From contig NW_003314263.1 in NCBI RefSeq assembly GCF_000143415.4, positions 2,010,749-2,074,748 of the forward strand: a DNA stretch of 64,000 nucleotides, given 5' to 3'. How positions within the stretch are numbered: the first letter of the stretch is position 1; each line of letters begins with the position of its first letter. The DNA comes from Selaginella moellendorffii. Its lineage: Eukaryota > Plantae > Lycopodiophyta. Both the position numbers and the translations under genes were made by a program. Positions 1 through 10,780 of this stretch are shown in pieces. The notes under the pieces are model-generated. The model worked only from the letters and a program-made list of their open reading frames with translations, did not search any database and was not told the DNA's origin.

Positions 1-168
1 CGCGCTCCTGTATATAAGCTAGGGTTTTTGGGCTAATTGATATGCTAAATAACTTTTCAAAAAGTTCAAATCCAAGAGCTTACATATTTAGGGCAGTGAT
101 TAATTTATAGTATCTGCAAATGTTGTCCACATTTTTTATATTCCCTTTCCATATTCGAAACACTCATA
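1..168 (+). repeat. 5' LTR (3' part) of the outer gypsy element
   Basis: TGTATATAAGCTAGGGTTTTTGGG...TATATTCCCTTTCCATATTC..CACTCATA is shared with ~10700-10780. Confidence 0.88.
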
Positions 169-169
169 T

Positions 170-187
170 TGGTGGAAATGAGGGGTA
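170..187 (+). promoter_or_regulatory. Primer-binding site complementary to the tRNA-Ala 3' end
   Basis: TGGTGGAAATGAGGGGTA immediately after the LTR matches TGGTGGAGATGCGGGGTA (reverse complement of the plant tRNA-Ala 3' end, recalled) at 16/18. Confidence 0.72.
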
Positions 188-2452
188 ACTTTGATTGTCT
201 CTGAGGAGTGCTTGGATTTGGGATTTTGGTTTAGATTTAGCTTTTGCATTATCTAAATCTAGCTTTTTCCATTTCCTTCCTTTTGTTCTTTTCTTTCAGA
301 ATTTTGGTTTAAATTTAGCTTTTTGCATTGTCTAGATCTACTATTTCCTTCTAGCTTTTTGTCATTTCTCTTTTTTTGCTCTTTCTTTTTCATTTGTCTC
401 CATGGCAGATCAACAATCTCCTCCTTTGACTCTGGAGCAACAGTTGGTACAATTGCTTGATGTTATGCGCTTGCAATTGAACAACCAAACTCAGTTAATG
501 GCGGCGTTCATGGCACATGGTACAACTCCTTTTACTCTTGGTGCCAATCCTCATGTTCGGCCGGAGTTCTTTCACGGGAATCTTGGGGATGATGTGTACC
601 ATTGGTTCGATCACTTCACAGTGATTGCCATATATCATCTTGGGATGATGCTCGACGTTTGCATGATTTTCCCATGTGTCTCCAAGGGACGGTGTTGCAG
701 TGGTACAACAGTTTGAGCGCAGCCACTCGTGGGGATTGGAGTGTTCTTCCGGACGTCTTCAAATGCGCCTTTGGACATACCGATGACTGTGATGATGCCT
801 TCCAACAATTGCATCATCTTTGCCAAGGGCCATCTGAGTTAGTGATGCAATTTAGTGTTCGTTTCTGAAGTCTTTTGCTTCGTGTGGAGCCAAATATGTC
901 GGAGCGGATCAAGCTAGGAATGTTGTGGCTAGCACTTCATCAAGACCTTGTCGAACTTGTGCATGCAATTGCTCCTGCCACCCTTGACGATGCTCTTTGC
1001 TTGGCACAACCTTATGAGACGTTGCCTCTTCCACTTCTCACTGCACGTCCTTCAGCTCCTCTTCCTATAGGTGATGGTCTTGTTCCAATGGAGGTTGATG
1101 CTGCTGCTGCTCGAGTCCAAGGACAAGGGCGAGGACGTGGTCATGGCTGTGATGTTCACTGCTGGGCGTGTGACAAAGTTGGTCATACTTATCAGTGTTG
1201 TCGGCATTTTCCGGATTGGCAATCTCCATTTATTGGGTGGAGACCTTGGCATCAGCAACGTCCCATTGATGCTACTACAATGGAAGGTTTGGACACCGAG
1301 ATGCATCTGGGAAGTAAGGAGTCATGCGAGTAACGAAGGGACCTTGCGCGAATAAGTCAGTGACCCCTCCATCTTTCTTTCGGGAGTATCATCAAGGGGT
1401 TCACTCGGCACTAGTTCATCTAGTGTTTACTTTGCAAGCTTGTTTTTATAACAAGAGGTCTCTTATTATTCTCTCTATGTTGGTTGATACAAGTTCGAGT
1501 TTATCTTCTATTGCTCGACCTGTTGCCACATGTTGCCGTCTACACTTGCGTCATGCAGCGGAACCAATTTTCATTCTTTATGGCAACGACCGTACACATG
1601 CATGTGCACGGGATGAGGTGGACCTAGTTGTGTGTGTGGGTGATCTCGAGCTTGAGTTGCAATCATTGCAGGTGGTGCCAAGTCAAGCTTTTGACCTCAT
1701 TTTTAGTATAAATTGGTTGCAACGCAATTATGCCAAGTGTGACTTTAAGGCTTCTCTCCCTTGTCTCATACTTCTTTATGTTTCATCCATTCTTCTCACT
1801 TTTGTCCTCTACTTTTACTTCTACTTCCATTACTTTTGTTCCTCCATTATTTCCCTCTATGTTTCCGTCTTGTTTTGCTCTTCCCTTTTCCGATCCCTTC
1901 GACAATCTTTGTGTTGCAGCGGTTGACTGGCTCATAAAGGAATATTTTGATTTCTTTGAATTTGACCTATCATCTGGGGCCAAGATTGCTACATGTCATC
2001 CAATTCCAACCGGGGATGCTTGTCTAATAAAGGTTCATGTTCGTCGTCAGTCACCCAAGGAGATTAAGATTTTGCGTGCAAACGTAAAGGAGATGTTGGA
2101 AGAGGGTGTTATTCGGAAGTCGCAGAGTCCTTGGGTATGTGAACCTTATGTGATGAAGGCTGATGGGAGTATTCGTTTCTACATTGACTATCATCCGTTA
2201 AACAAAGTGACGATCCCGGATATGTACCCTCTTCCTCACACTGCTAATCTCTTGGATCGTCTAAAGTGAAGTTGTTGGTTCACCAAGGTGGATCTTGCTT
2301 CTGGGTATTGGCAAGTACCGATGGCCGAAGAAGATATTCCTAAGACTGCTTTTCATACACCATTTGATTTATACGAGTTTTTGGTGATGCCGTTTGGTTT
2401 GAACAATGCTTCAGCAACTTTCCAGCGGATGATGGACAAGGTTCTTTGCGAT

Positions 2453-2839
2453 TGTCAAGACCCCTGACAAAATCAAGATTGGAAAATGCAAAAAGACAAA
2501 GAGAAAAGCTAGTGGAAACAAAGAAGAGGCCTTAGACTGGCGTTGATTCAGATTGTGGAGAAATGGAACAAGGCTAACCTATATATACTATAGGTTGATG
2601 AAGCTCCACCACTCTTGGATCGAGGACGGCCTAAATATAGCTGAGGTCGAGGAGGCACCACATCATCATCAGGAATGTGGCTCGAGACTCAGGAATCGGG
2701 AAGTGTCTCGAGAGTCAGGAATAGGAAAGTGTCTCGAGAGTCAGAAATAGGGAAGTGTCTCGAGAGTCAGGAATGTGGTCTGCAGGTCAGGAATCCGGCG
2801 AGAGTCAGGAATGTGACAAGAATTGGGGGATTCCTGACA
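2453..2839 (-). repeat. 3' LTR of the chromovirus, with ~26 bp tandem subrepeats (GTCTCGAGAGTCAGGAATAGG(A/G)AAGT)
   Basis: TG...CA termini; direct repeat of 7653-8039. Confidence 0.96.
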
Positions 2840-2850
2840 GCACCCCCTCC

Positions 2851-5800
2851 TCAAGAACGAGTGGAATGAGGATGTGAACAAGAACGAAGAGGAGGATGAG
2901 ATGAGCGGCGAGGGATGGGAAATGGAGAAAAAGAATGAGGACTGGGACGAGAAGGATAGCGGCGGTGGAAGTCCTGAACAAGGTCAGGAGAATGAAGCAG
3001 GTTGTCTGCAGGTTCCCAAGTGCGTTCCTCAGGTCCGTAACCCTTCCAGTCCACCAGATAGTAGAGTTTACATCGTGAAATCTTGGAATCAAGGATGTCC
3101 TGAACCTCGTACTCAGACCCATCCTCGAGCTGCACTGGTGGAGGCAGAGGAATGACCCGATTTGGAATAGGACTGGGAATATAAGGCTCAAGGAGAGAGG
3201 AGTGAAAAACGGGGTGAATTTGATATGAGGAAGGAAGTGCAAGGCAATAAGTGACAGGATTAATGATGGCAGTGATAGGGAAAGGACCAAGGCGTTTGAA
3301 ATCGAGTTTTGGACAGGGCCTGGTGGTGGAGATATTTCGCCTGAGGAGCCAGTCTTTATCCCCGATATTGTAAGGGGGACAATCCTGACGATGGACATTG
3401 GCAAATGTTTTATGAAATTCCTGAGCACGATGGAGGTGGAAGGAGATGTAGTTGTGGATTTCCTGGAGGTTGGAGATAAATGCCTCAGAGCGGGGATTTG
3501 AACGAGAGGATTTAGATGGAGAGGGAAGTGAGAGATTGAATCGGGGATTTCGGCCAGAGTTCGCAAAGAAGGGGGAAACTCGAAGAGAGGAGTGAACAGA
3601 GTTGTTATAGGAGAACTCAGCAAGGGGAAGGATATCGAACCAGTTATCCTGATGATAGTTGATGAAGCACCTCAAGAATTGTTCCAACATCTGAATCGTT
3701 CGCTCGGACTGCCCATCAGTTTGAGGATGATATGCCGAAGAGAGGTTGGCCTTCACTCCAAGCAGCTGCAAAAACTGTTGCCAGAAATGAGAGATGAACT
3801 GAGGCCCCCGATCCGAAACCACATCTGTAGGAATCCCATGAAGTCGGAAAATTTCCCTGAATACCAGTTTTGCCATGTCCTCGCCCGAAAACTCCTTGGT
3901 ACATGGCAAGAAGTGCGCCATCTTTGTGAAGCGATCCACCACGACTAAAATGCTGTTGAAGCCTCCAGAACTCGGAAGATCACTCAAGAAATCCATGGAG
4001 ATGGATTCCCAAGGACCTGAAGGGACCGGAAGGGAACGAAGCAAACCTGAAGGAAGGTGGCGAGGTACCTTATTCCGGGCACAAGTGTCACAGGAGGTAA
4101 CAAAAACTTTGATGTAGTCGTCCATGTGAGGCCACCAAAAGTCCCGTGCAACTAGCTCATAGGTTTTCGCAATGCCAAAGTGACCAGCAGTCGGGCTATC
4201 GTGGCACGCCATCAGGACCAACCTTCGAGCATCACCTTCAGGAACGTAAAGCTGCTCCCCACGGTACAATAAGCCATCTAAGAACTCGAACTCGTCAAAT
4301 CGCCGGCAGTCGGGAGTCATTGGGTGTCCAGCCTGAAGATGGGGGAAAATGTCGCAAGCGAGATCATCGGATTGAAGATCGTTTCTGATTGCATCCATCA
4401 AGGAGGAGTCCTGAGGGGCCAGGGAAATTGCCATAACTTGAAGCCGATCAAGACCGAGGATAACTTGATCCTGTTGATCGAAGGCAGGATTACCAGGCCT
4501 GAGACTGAGATAGGAGCGCCTTGAAAGAGCATCAGGAAGGCCTTGAAACTTTCCAGGTCTGTACTTGATAACAAAGTCAAACCGACTCAGGAATTGTGCC
4601 CACCTTGCTTGACGACGGCTTAAAACTCGGGAAGTGGCAAAGTACTCGAGATTTTTGTGATCCGTCCAGACTGTTGTTTGATGGCTCGCCCCCTCCAAGA
4701 AACGGTGCCACTCTCCAAAGGAATCCACAATGGCAAGGAGCTCCTTGTCGTGGATTTCGTAATTGATCTCCGCAGGCTGGAATTTCCGAGAATGGAAAGC
4801 GACCGGATGAAGTTCGTGATCCGCTCCGAGTTGAGACAGCACAGCACCAATGGCAAAGTCGGAGGCATCAGCCTTGATGAAGAAAGGTTGTGAGGAATCA
4901 GCATGGATCAAGATAGGAGCAGAACTGAAGGCCGCCTTGAGTGTGTCGAAGGCCTGCTGGGTAGCAGCAGACCAAGAGAAGGGAACATCCTTGCAAGTGA
5001 GATGTGTGAGAGGAAGGACAATGTCAGAGTAGTGATCAATGAATTTGCGGTAGAAGTTGGCGAAGCCAAGGAAAACTTGAACGTCCGACATTGATTGTGG
5101 AGGCTCCCATTCGAGAATAGTCTTGACTTTGGCAGGATCCATCGTGATACCCTCAGGAGTGACAATGTACCCAAGGAACTCCACAGACTGCTGATCAAAG
5201 GAACATTTCTCAAGCTTCGCGTATAGGCCGTGTTCTCGCAGCTTCGCTAGCACCTTGCAAACATGTTCGTCATGCTCCTCCTGAGTTTTTGAGTAGATGA
5301 GGATGTCATCGAGATAGACGATCACCATCTAATCAAGAAACTCCCGAAAGACGTCGTTTGCCATGTGTTGGAAAACTGCTGGAGCATTTGTCAAGCCAAA
5401 TGGCATGACAGTGTACTCAAAGTGGCCATAGCGGGTTCGAAACGCAGTCTTCCATTCATCACCAGGCCGGATCCGGATCAGGTTGTATGCTCCACGGAGG
5501 TCGATCTTGGTGAAGAAGCAGACACCGCCGATGCGTTCCAACAGGTCCGAGATCAGGGGCAGTGGATAACGGTTCCAAACAGTCACCTTGTTCAAACCTC
5601 AGTAGTCGATGACTAGCCGCAAGCTCCCATCCTTCTTCTTGACAAAGAAGATAGGCGCTCCAGCCGGGGACTATGAATGCTGAATGTAGCCCGAGGTAAG
5701 GTTCTCATCCACGTACTCTTTGAGGGCCTTAAGCTCGGACGGGGATAACCCATAGATAGGCCCCCACGGAGGTGATGCTCCTTCCTGTAAATCAATGGGA

Positions 5801-6609
5801 CAATCATAAAGCCAATGAACAGGCAGTACACTAGCTTTTTTCTTGTCAAACACATCCCCAAAATCATGATACTTCTCAGGAAGACTGACAGGAGAAACAT
5901 GCAAAGCAAAAAGAAAAAGAGGTTCTTCATGAAGGAGTTCTTTCATAGTGATTGTGGAGATAGGAGGAGGCATACGACTAAATGGAATGATGAGACGAGA
6001 ATACGGTCCAGTGTAAGATGGAAGAGAGGAAAAAGAAGAGGGTGAAAACTTTATAGAGTCAGGAACAGAACCCCAATTTGAGTTTAGGGAACTTTTCCTG
6101 ATTCGGACTCGATGAACAGCAGGGGAAGCTGTGGGAGAGATGAGCTGTAATTCCTTCCAATAGATCTGAGGCTGATGTAGTTGGAACCAAGGAAGACTGA
6201 GCACCACAGAGGAGGACTTGCTGTTGATGATGTTGAAGGCGATATCGGTGACGGTGGACCCGATGTTTACTCGAACGGGCAACGTTTCCCTAAGTCCCGA
6301 AGATGGAGACACAAAATGCCCGCCGATGCCTTCAACCCTCAAATCCCGTATGGTAGGAGAAAGAGGAACGTGATGTCAGGCAGCAAAGTCCGTGTCCATG
6401 AAGCAGGAAGTTGCACCTGAGTCCAGTAATGCCAGAGCCTTGAGTCCTGATTGTCCGGTGAAAGAAAGGAGACATGGGACGCGAAAGTTGCGGGAATTGG
6501 TGGTGGCTTTGATGAAAGGTGGTGAAGAGCTTGATAAAGAAGAAAAGTGATTTTTATTCGGGGAGTCCAAACAGATAGCTCCTACTCTGTTTGGACAGGG
6601 TCGTTTCCC
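2851..6609 (-). pseudogene. Chromovirus pol (aspartic protease, RT, RNase H, integrase, chromodomain), one frame with 4 nonsense codons
   Basis: LLDSGATSCF; [13 protein letters not shown]; YLDD; ADASDFAIGAVL; HDSPTAGH..CDTC; SDRGPQF; C-terminal YEVQDILD..YLVDWKGY..TWEP chromodomain. In-frame stops at 6376, 5671, 5599 and 5329. Confidence 0.93.
6565..6609 (-). promoter_or_regulatory. -1 programmed ribosomal frameshift signal (G GGA AAC plus 11 bp stem-loop)
   Basis: Slippery heptamer at 6609-6603 in the gag frame; 6 nt spacer; stem GTCCAAACAGA/TCTGTTTGGAC at 6596-6565; the -1 frame is the protease frame. Confidence 0.85.
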
Positions 6610-7553
6610 AACTGCAATAGAGGTGGACTTTGAGGCAGAGTGAACTCGAGCAGTCGAGGAGGCTTCTTGGGACATACAGCTACTTTGTGATTAGGATCAG
6701 CACAATAGAAGCAAAGATTATGAGATATTTGATGTTGCTTCTCAGCAAGACTCAACTTCCCTCTAATGAGTCGGGGAGTACCAGAAATATCCATTGGAAC
6801 CGGAGCAGTAGGTTCAGGAGTATGCCCCGAAGACTCAAGCTGGGATTCCTGAGTCTGGGACGGAAAAACAGCGGCACGGCGACTTTCCTGACGACGTTCA
6901 AAGAGACGATTGTCACATCGAACAGCTTTGTTGATGGCATCCGACAGGTCCTTGGGATCCTCCATGGTGAGCAACAAATCCTTGACACCGTTGTTGAGGC
7001 CGAAACAAAATTGGTCAATCAGGGCCCGCTCATCCCACTGAGTGTCCAAAGCAAGGAGTTGGAACTCTGCAACGTAGATTGAGGCAGGACGAGACCCCTG
7101 AGAGAGACGTCTCATCTTTGTGGTAGCAGCCCGAACCCGATCCGTCTCGCCAAAACATGCTTCGAGCTTCTCTTTGAACAATTGAAGATCCATCAGCTCT
7201 GGAACCACGACCCCTTTCATGCTCTTCTCCAAAAGAGGAGAAAACCATGACAAAGTTGCACCTTCGAGCAATGTCCCAATTGCGCCGATTTGAGACTCGG
7301 GAGTAGGGTACCGCCGATGTTGAAATGCGAAGATCAACTCCATCTGGTTCAGGAATCCGCGAAGCTCCAAACGCTTGCCTGAAAATTTCGCCAGGAAGCT
7401 CACCTTCGGTTCAGGAACTTTGCTGGATCCTTGAGCCGAAAGTGAAGCAAGCTCCTACTGCATGCAAAGAAGGGTCGCCTTCAGCTTGGTATTCTCAGAC
7501 TGGATTTTTGCAAGGACTTCAGCAAAGAAATCAGGATGGCTTGGAGACTCCAT
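6582..7553 (-). pseudogene. Chromovirus gag (one in-frame TAG at 7455-7457)
   Basis: ATG at 7553 in frame with ORF 6582-7403; retrotransposon gag motifs (FSGKR, LSQGSRPASIYVAEF, PMDIS) and CCHC knuckle CFYCADPNHKVAVC. Confidence 0.9.
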
Positions 7554-7652
7554 TGGCAAAAAGAAAGGAAAAAGGGGGAAAAAAAGGCAAAGGTAATCAA
7601 ACAATCAAAACGAGTTAAATCAAAAAACGAAAAAACACAATCTGAATCAAAC

Positions 7653-8039
7653 TGTCAAGACCCCTGACAAGATCAAGATTGGAAAATGCAAAAAGACAAA
7701 GAGAAAAGCTAGTGGAAACAAAGAAGAGGCCTTAGACTGGCATTGATTCAGATTGTGGAGAAATGGAACAAGGCTAACCTATATATACTATAGGTTGATG
7801 AAGCTCCACCACTCTTGGATTGAGGATGGCCTAAATATAGCTGAGGTCGAGGAGGCGCCACATCATCATCAGGAATGTGGCTCGAGACTCAGGAATCGGG
7901 AAGTGTCTCGAGAGTCAGGAATAGGAAAGTGTCTCGAGAGTCAGGAATAGGGAAGTGTCTCGAGAGTCAGGAATGTGGTCTGCAGGTCAGGAATCTGGCG
8001 AGAGTCAGGAATGTGGCAAGAATTGGGGGATTCCTGACT
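7653..8039 (-). repeat. 5' LTR of the chromovirus
   Basis: Direct repeat of 2453-2839; terminal base mutated (…GACT instead of …GACA); TATATATA at 7780-7787. Confidence 0.96.
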
Positions 8040-8761
8040 GCGATATGCTAGAGGTGATTGCTAACTTCATTGATGATGTTTTAATCCACTCAGAGGGGAC
8101 ATGGGAGGAGCACGTTCGTGATATTTGTAAAGTGTTAAATCGGCTACGCGACGTTGGTTTAAAGCTGAAGTGGTCGAAGTGTGTGTTTGGGTCCAAGGAC
8201 ACAATTTAACTTGGGTACCGTATTTCTCGTTAGGGTTTGCAAGTTGATCTTGACAAACTTGTGGCTATTCTAAAGTTCCCTACTCCGACGTGTGTGTATG
8301 ATGTGTAGCGCTTCTTGGGCAAGATGCAGTATCTCAATCATTTTGTTGATCATCTTTCTGATCGCATTGCACTGTTGCGAGCATTGTTGAAGTCATCAAC
8401 ATCATCTTTCATCTGGTCTCCGGATTGTGAGTGGGCATTCGTGGATCTCAAAGAGCTATTGATGACTCCTCCGGTTTTGGCATATCCTAACTACACTCGA
8501 CCTTTTATTTTGCGTGTGGATGCTTTTGATATTAGTCTTGAAAGTGTGTTGATGCAAGAGAGCTCGAGTGTGCTTGGTCAATGCCATCCCATTGTGTATA
8601 TAAGCCATACATTACAATCAACGGAGATGAACTACTCCACGATAGAGGAGTGTTTAGCAGCAGTCTGGGGTTTTGAGAAACTTCATGCATATTTACATGG
8701 TTCTCAGACATTACTTAAATGTGACTATGCTGCTGTTACTTCATTATTGAAGTGGAAAAAC

Positions 8762-8956
8762 TATAAGCAACTAAAGAGAACGACTCGAAAGATAATCCAT
8801 GGGGTTCAAATATAAAGGGAAAGGGCCCATGAATAAGAGTGCACCCCTTTTTTCCAATCGGTTAAGGGTCTTGGGATACTTGGGGTTAAGCGTCCTTGTG
8901 TTTAAATAGTAATGGGTTGGGTGACCTTCTGGGAAGTCTAGACTTAGGAGCTTACA
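8762..8956 (+). mobile_element. Solo LTR with a 5S rRNA-like Pol III internal promoter (Cassandra-like), inserted in the RNase H of the outer element
   Basis: Termini TATAAGC...GCTTACA (degenerate TG..CA inverted repeat); 5 bp TSD AAAAC/AGAAC; removing it restores the frame LLKWKN|LVGRTVRWALKLQ; 8885-8938 aligns ungapped to the recalled plant 5S rRNA A-box/IE/C-box region at 43/54. Confidence 0.8.
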
Positions 8957-10604
8957 AGAACTTAGTTGGTCGTACTGTTCGATGGGCTTTGAAGCTTCAG
9001 ATATATGATTTTGATGTTGTTCATCGCCTAGGGAGTTCTATGGCTAATGCTAATGCCCTTTCTTGAGCACCTCTTCCTTCTCCACTCTTTTCTTATGTTG
9101 CTAACGAGCCTGTTGCTCCTGCATCTGTGGATTTTCTAGACGAGGATTTTGTGCCATCGGTGGTTGCTATACTTGACGTTCAGTGTCCACAAGGCGTAGA
9201 GCAAGATCTACCTTCTCTTGATGAGATTCACAAAGCTCAAAATATTGAGCCATGGATTTGAAGGCTTCGAGATGGGTTTGAGAATCTTGCATCACTTGCT
9301 GATGACTTGCCTTTCTGGCATTTACATTCTCAATATCGCCTTGACGACAGCCTTCTTTATTTTGTGGGGACGGATCCTGATGATCATTTACAGCTAGTGG
9401 TGCCTTGTATCTTTATTCCACGGTTTCTCCATGCCTACCATGATTCTTTTGTTCTAGGTGGGCATATGGGACATCATTGTGTAACCGAGAAGTTGCACAG
9501 GTCTTTCTATTGGCCGGAGATGCGACGTGATATTATCTGGTATGTGCATAGCTGCATTTGATGCTAAGCTCGTAATACTCCCCCTCGTGCTACAGAAGGA
9601 CAGTTAGAGTCAATTGCAATTTTCCATCTGTTTGAGTTGGTGGTATTTGATCTTATGGGACCTTTTCCACGGTCGACTACTGGCAATGAGTATATTATTA
9701 TTGCTTCTAACTACTTGACTCATTGGGTGGAAGTTGGTGCTCTTGTTAGTGCCTCTGCAACTATTGTTGGATACTTCCTCCTCAATCAAGTGGTGTTTCA
9801 GCATTCTTGTCTAGAGTGGATTCTTTCGGATAATGGTCCCGCATTTATGGCTGAGGCATTTCATGTTTTGACGTCTCAATTGGGGATATGCCACACTTTC
9901 ACGAGTGCTTATCATCCACAATCAAACAGTCTGGTGGAACAGCTCGTTCGGACATTCAAAGGGATGATTGTGAAGTATATGAACTTTCAGCATTCGAATT
10001 GGGATGGTTATTTGCCATCTCTTTGGTATGCATATGTCACAGGGATGCAAAGTTCTATTGGTGCTTCACCACATAAACTCCTATATGGTCATGATCCAAT
10101 ATTACCAACGGAGCTAGGTTTACCTTTGCAATTGCCATAAGCTACCGATGCTAGGTCATAGGATTAGTATTTGATGAGCATTCTTCCACTTGTCTGAGCT
10201 AAGTCTGCCGAACACTTAGGCCATGTATAAGTGGGACAACAATGGCACTACAACTCCCATCATCGTCCAGCTGCAGAGTACAATATAGATGATTTAGTGT
10301 TAGTCCGTTTTCCCCATCTTACGGTACATGGTTTATCTAAGGGGCTCTTTGTGCAGTGGAAAGGACCATATTGGGTGTTGCGGCAAGTTGGACCACAAGT
10401 TTATGAAGTTCAACATGATGTCTAACAGGCCGATCCTCCAGAAGTTGTGCATGTACAACAATTGAAACACTTCATACAAAGGGATCAGAAACAGTTAATA
10501 CCACCTATAGATCCGCCAATGCCTCCTCCTAATGTTCCTCCAGATCCCAACCCGTCTATATGAGAACCCTAATGGTCTTCCATTATTCCAAGAGGAAGGG
10601 ATGA

Positions 10605-10780
10605 TGTAAGGGCCAAGTGTACAGCTACAATACTGTATACTAATATTAGCGTAGTGGGATTTTGGTAGCCGTTGGATTGGTTTCAATTCAGACCACTTGC
10701 TCTTGTATATAAGCTAGGGTTTTTGGGTTAATTGATATACACATTTTCTATATTCCCTTTCCATATTCCAAGCACTCATA
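10605..10780 (+). repeat. 3' LTR of the outer gypsy element
   Basis: Starts TGTAAG directly after the PPT; ends CACTCATA like the 5' LTR; lacks ~84 bp present at 44-127 of the 5' LTR. Confidence 0.85.

Larger units (their letters stand above)
2453..8039 (-). mobile_element. Full-length Ty3/gypsy chromovirus (Tcn1/Tf1-like) nested in the RT of the outer element
   Basis: Two 387 bp LTRs (2453-2839, 7653-8039; 9 mismatches by hand count); perfect 5 bp TSD GCGAT (2448-2452 and 8040-8044); PPT at ~2841-2853 on the minus strand; gag-PR-RT-RH-IN-chromodomain order. Confidence 0.97.
1..10780 (+). mobile_element. Degenerate Ty3/gypsy LTR retrotransposon (non-chromovirus), 5' end cut by window edge, interrupted by two nested insertions
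   Basis: Gag remnant from 402 with CCHC-like knuckle (CWACDKVGHTYQCC); protease (LVDTSSS, ~1480); RT from ~1950 to 2452 resuming at 8045 with FIDD; RNase H 8315-9065; integrase 9440-10460 (GHMG..., FDLMGPF, SDNGPAF, WKGPY); PPT AAGAGGAAGGGATGA at 10590-10604; matching LTR ends. Many stops and frameshifts; no chromodomain seen. Confidence 0.93.

Noticed and set aside
2670-2815. CRISPR-like appearance of ~26 bp repeats
   Set aside because: Contiguous tandem LTR subrepeats without unique spacers, duplicated in the other LTR; eukaryotic context, no cas genes.
8885-8938. Functional 5S rRNA gene
   Set aside because: Only ~54 nt of the internal region matches; 5' and 3' ends and the oligo-T terminator are absent; it lies within an LTR-like insertion.
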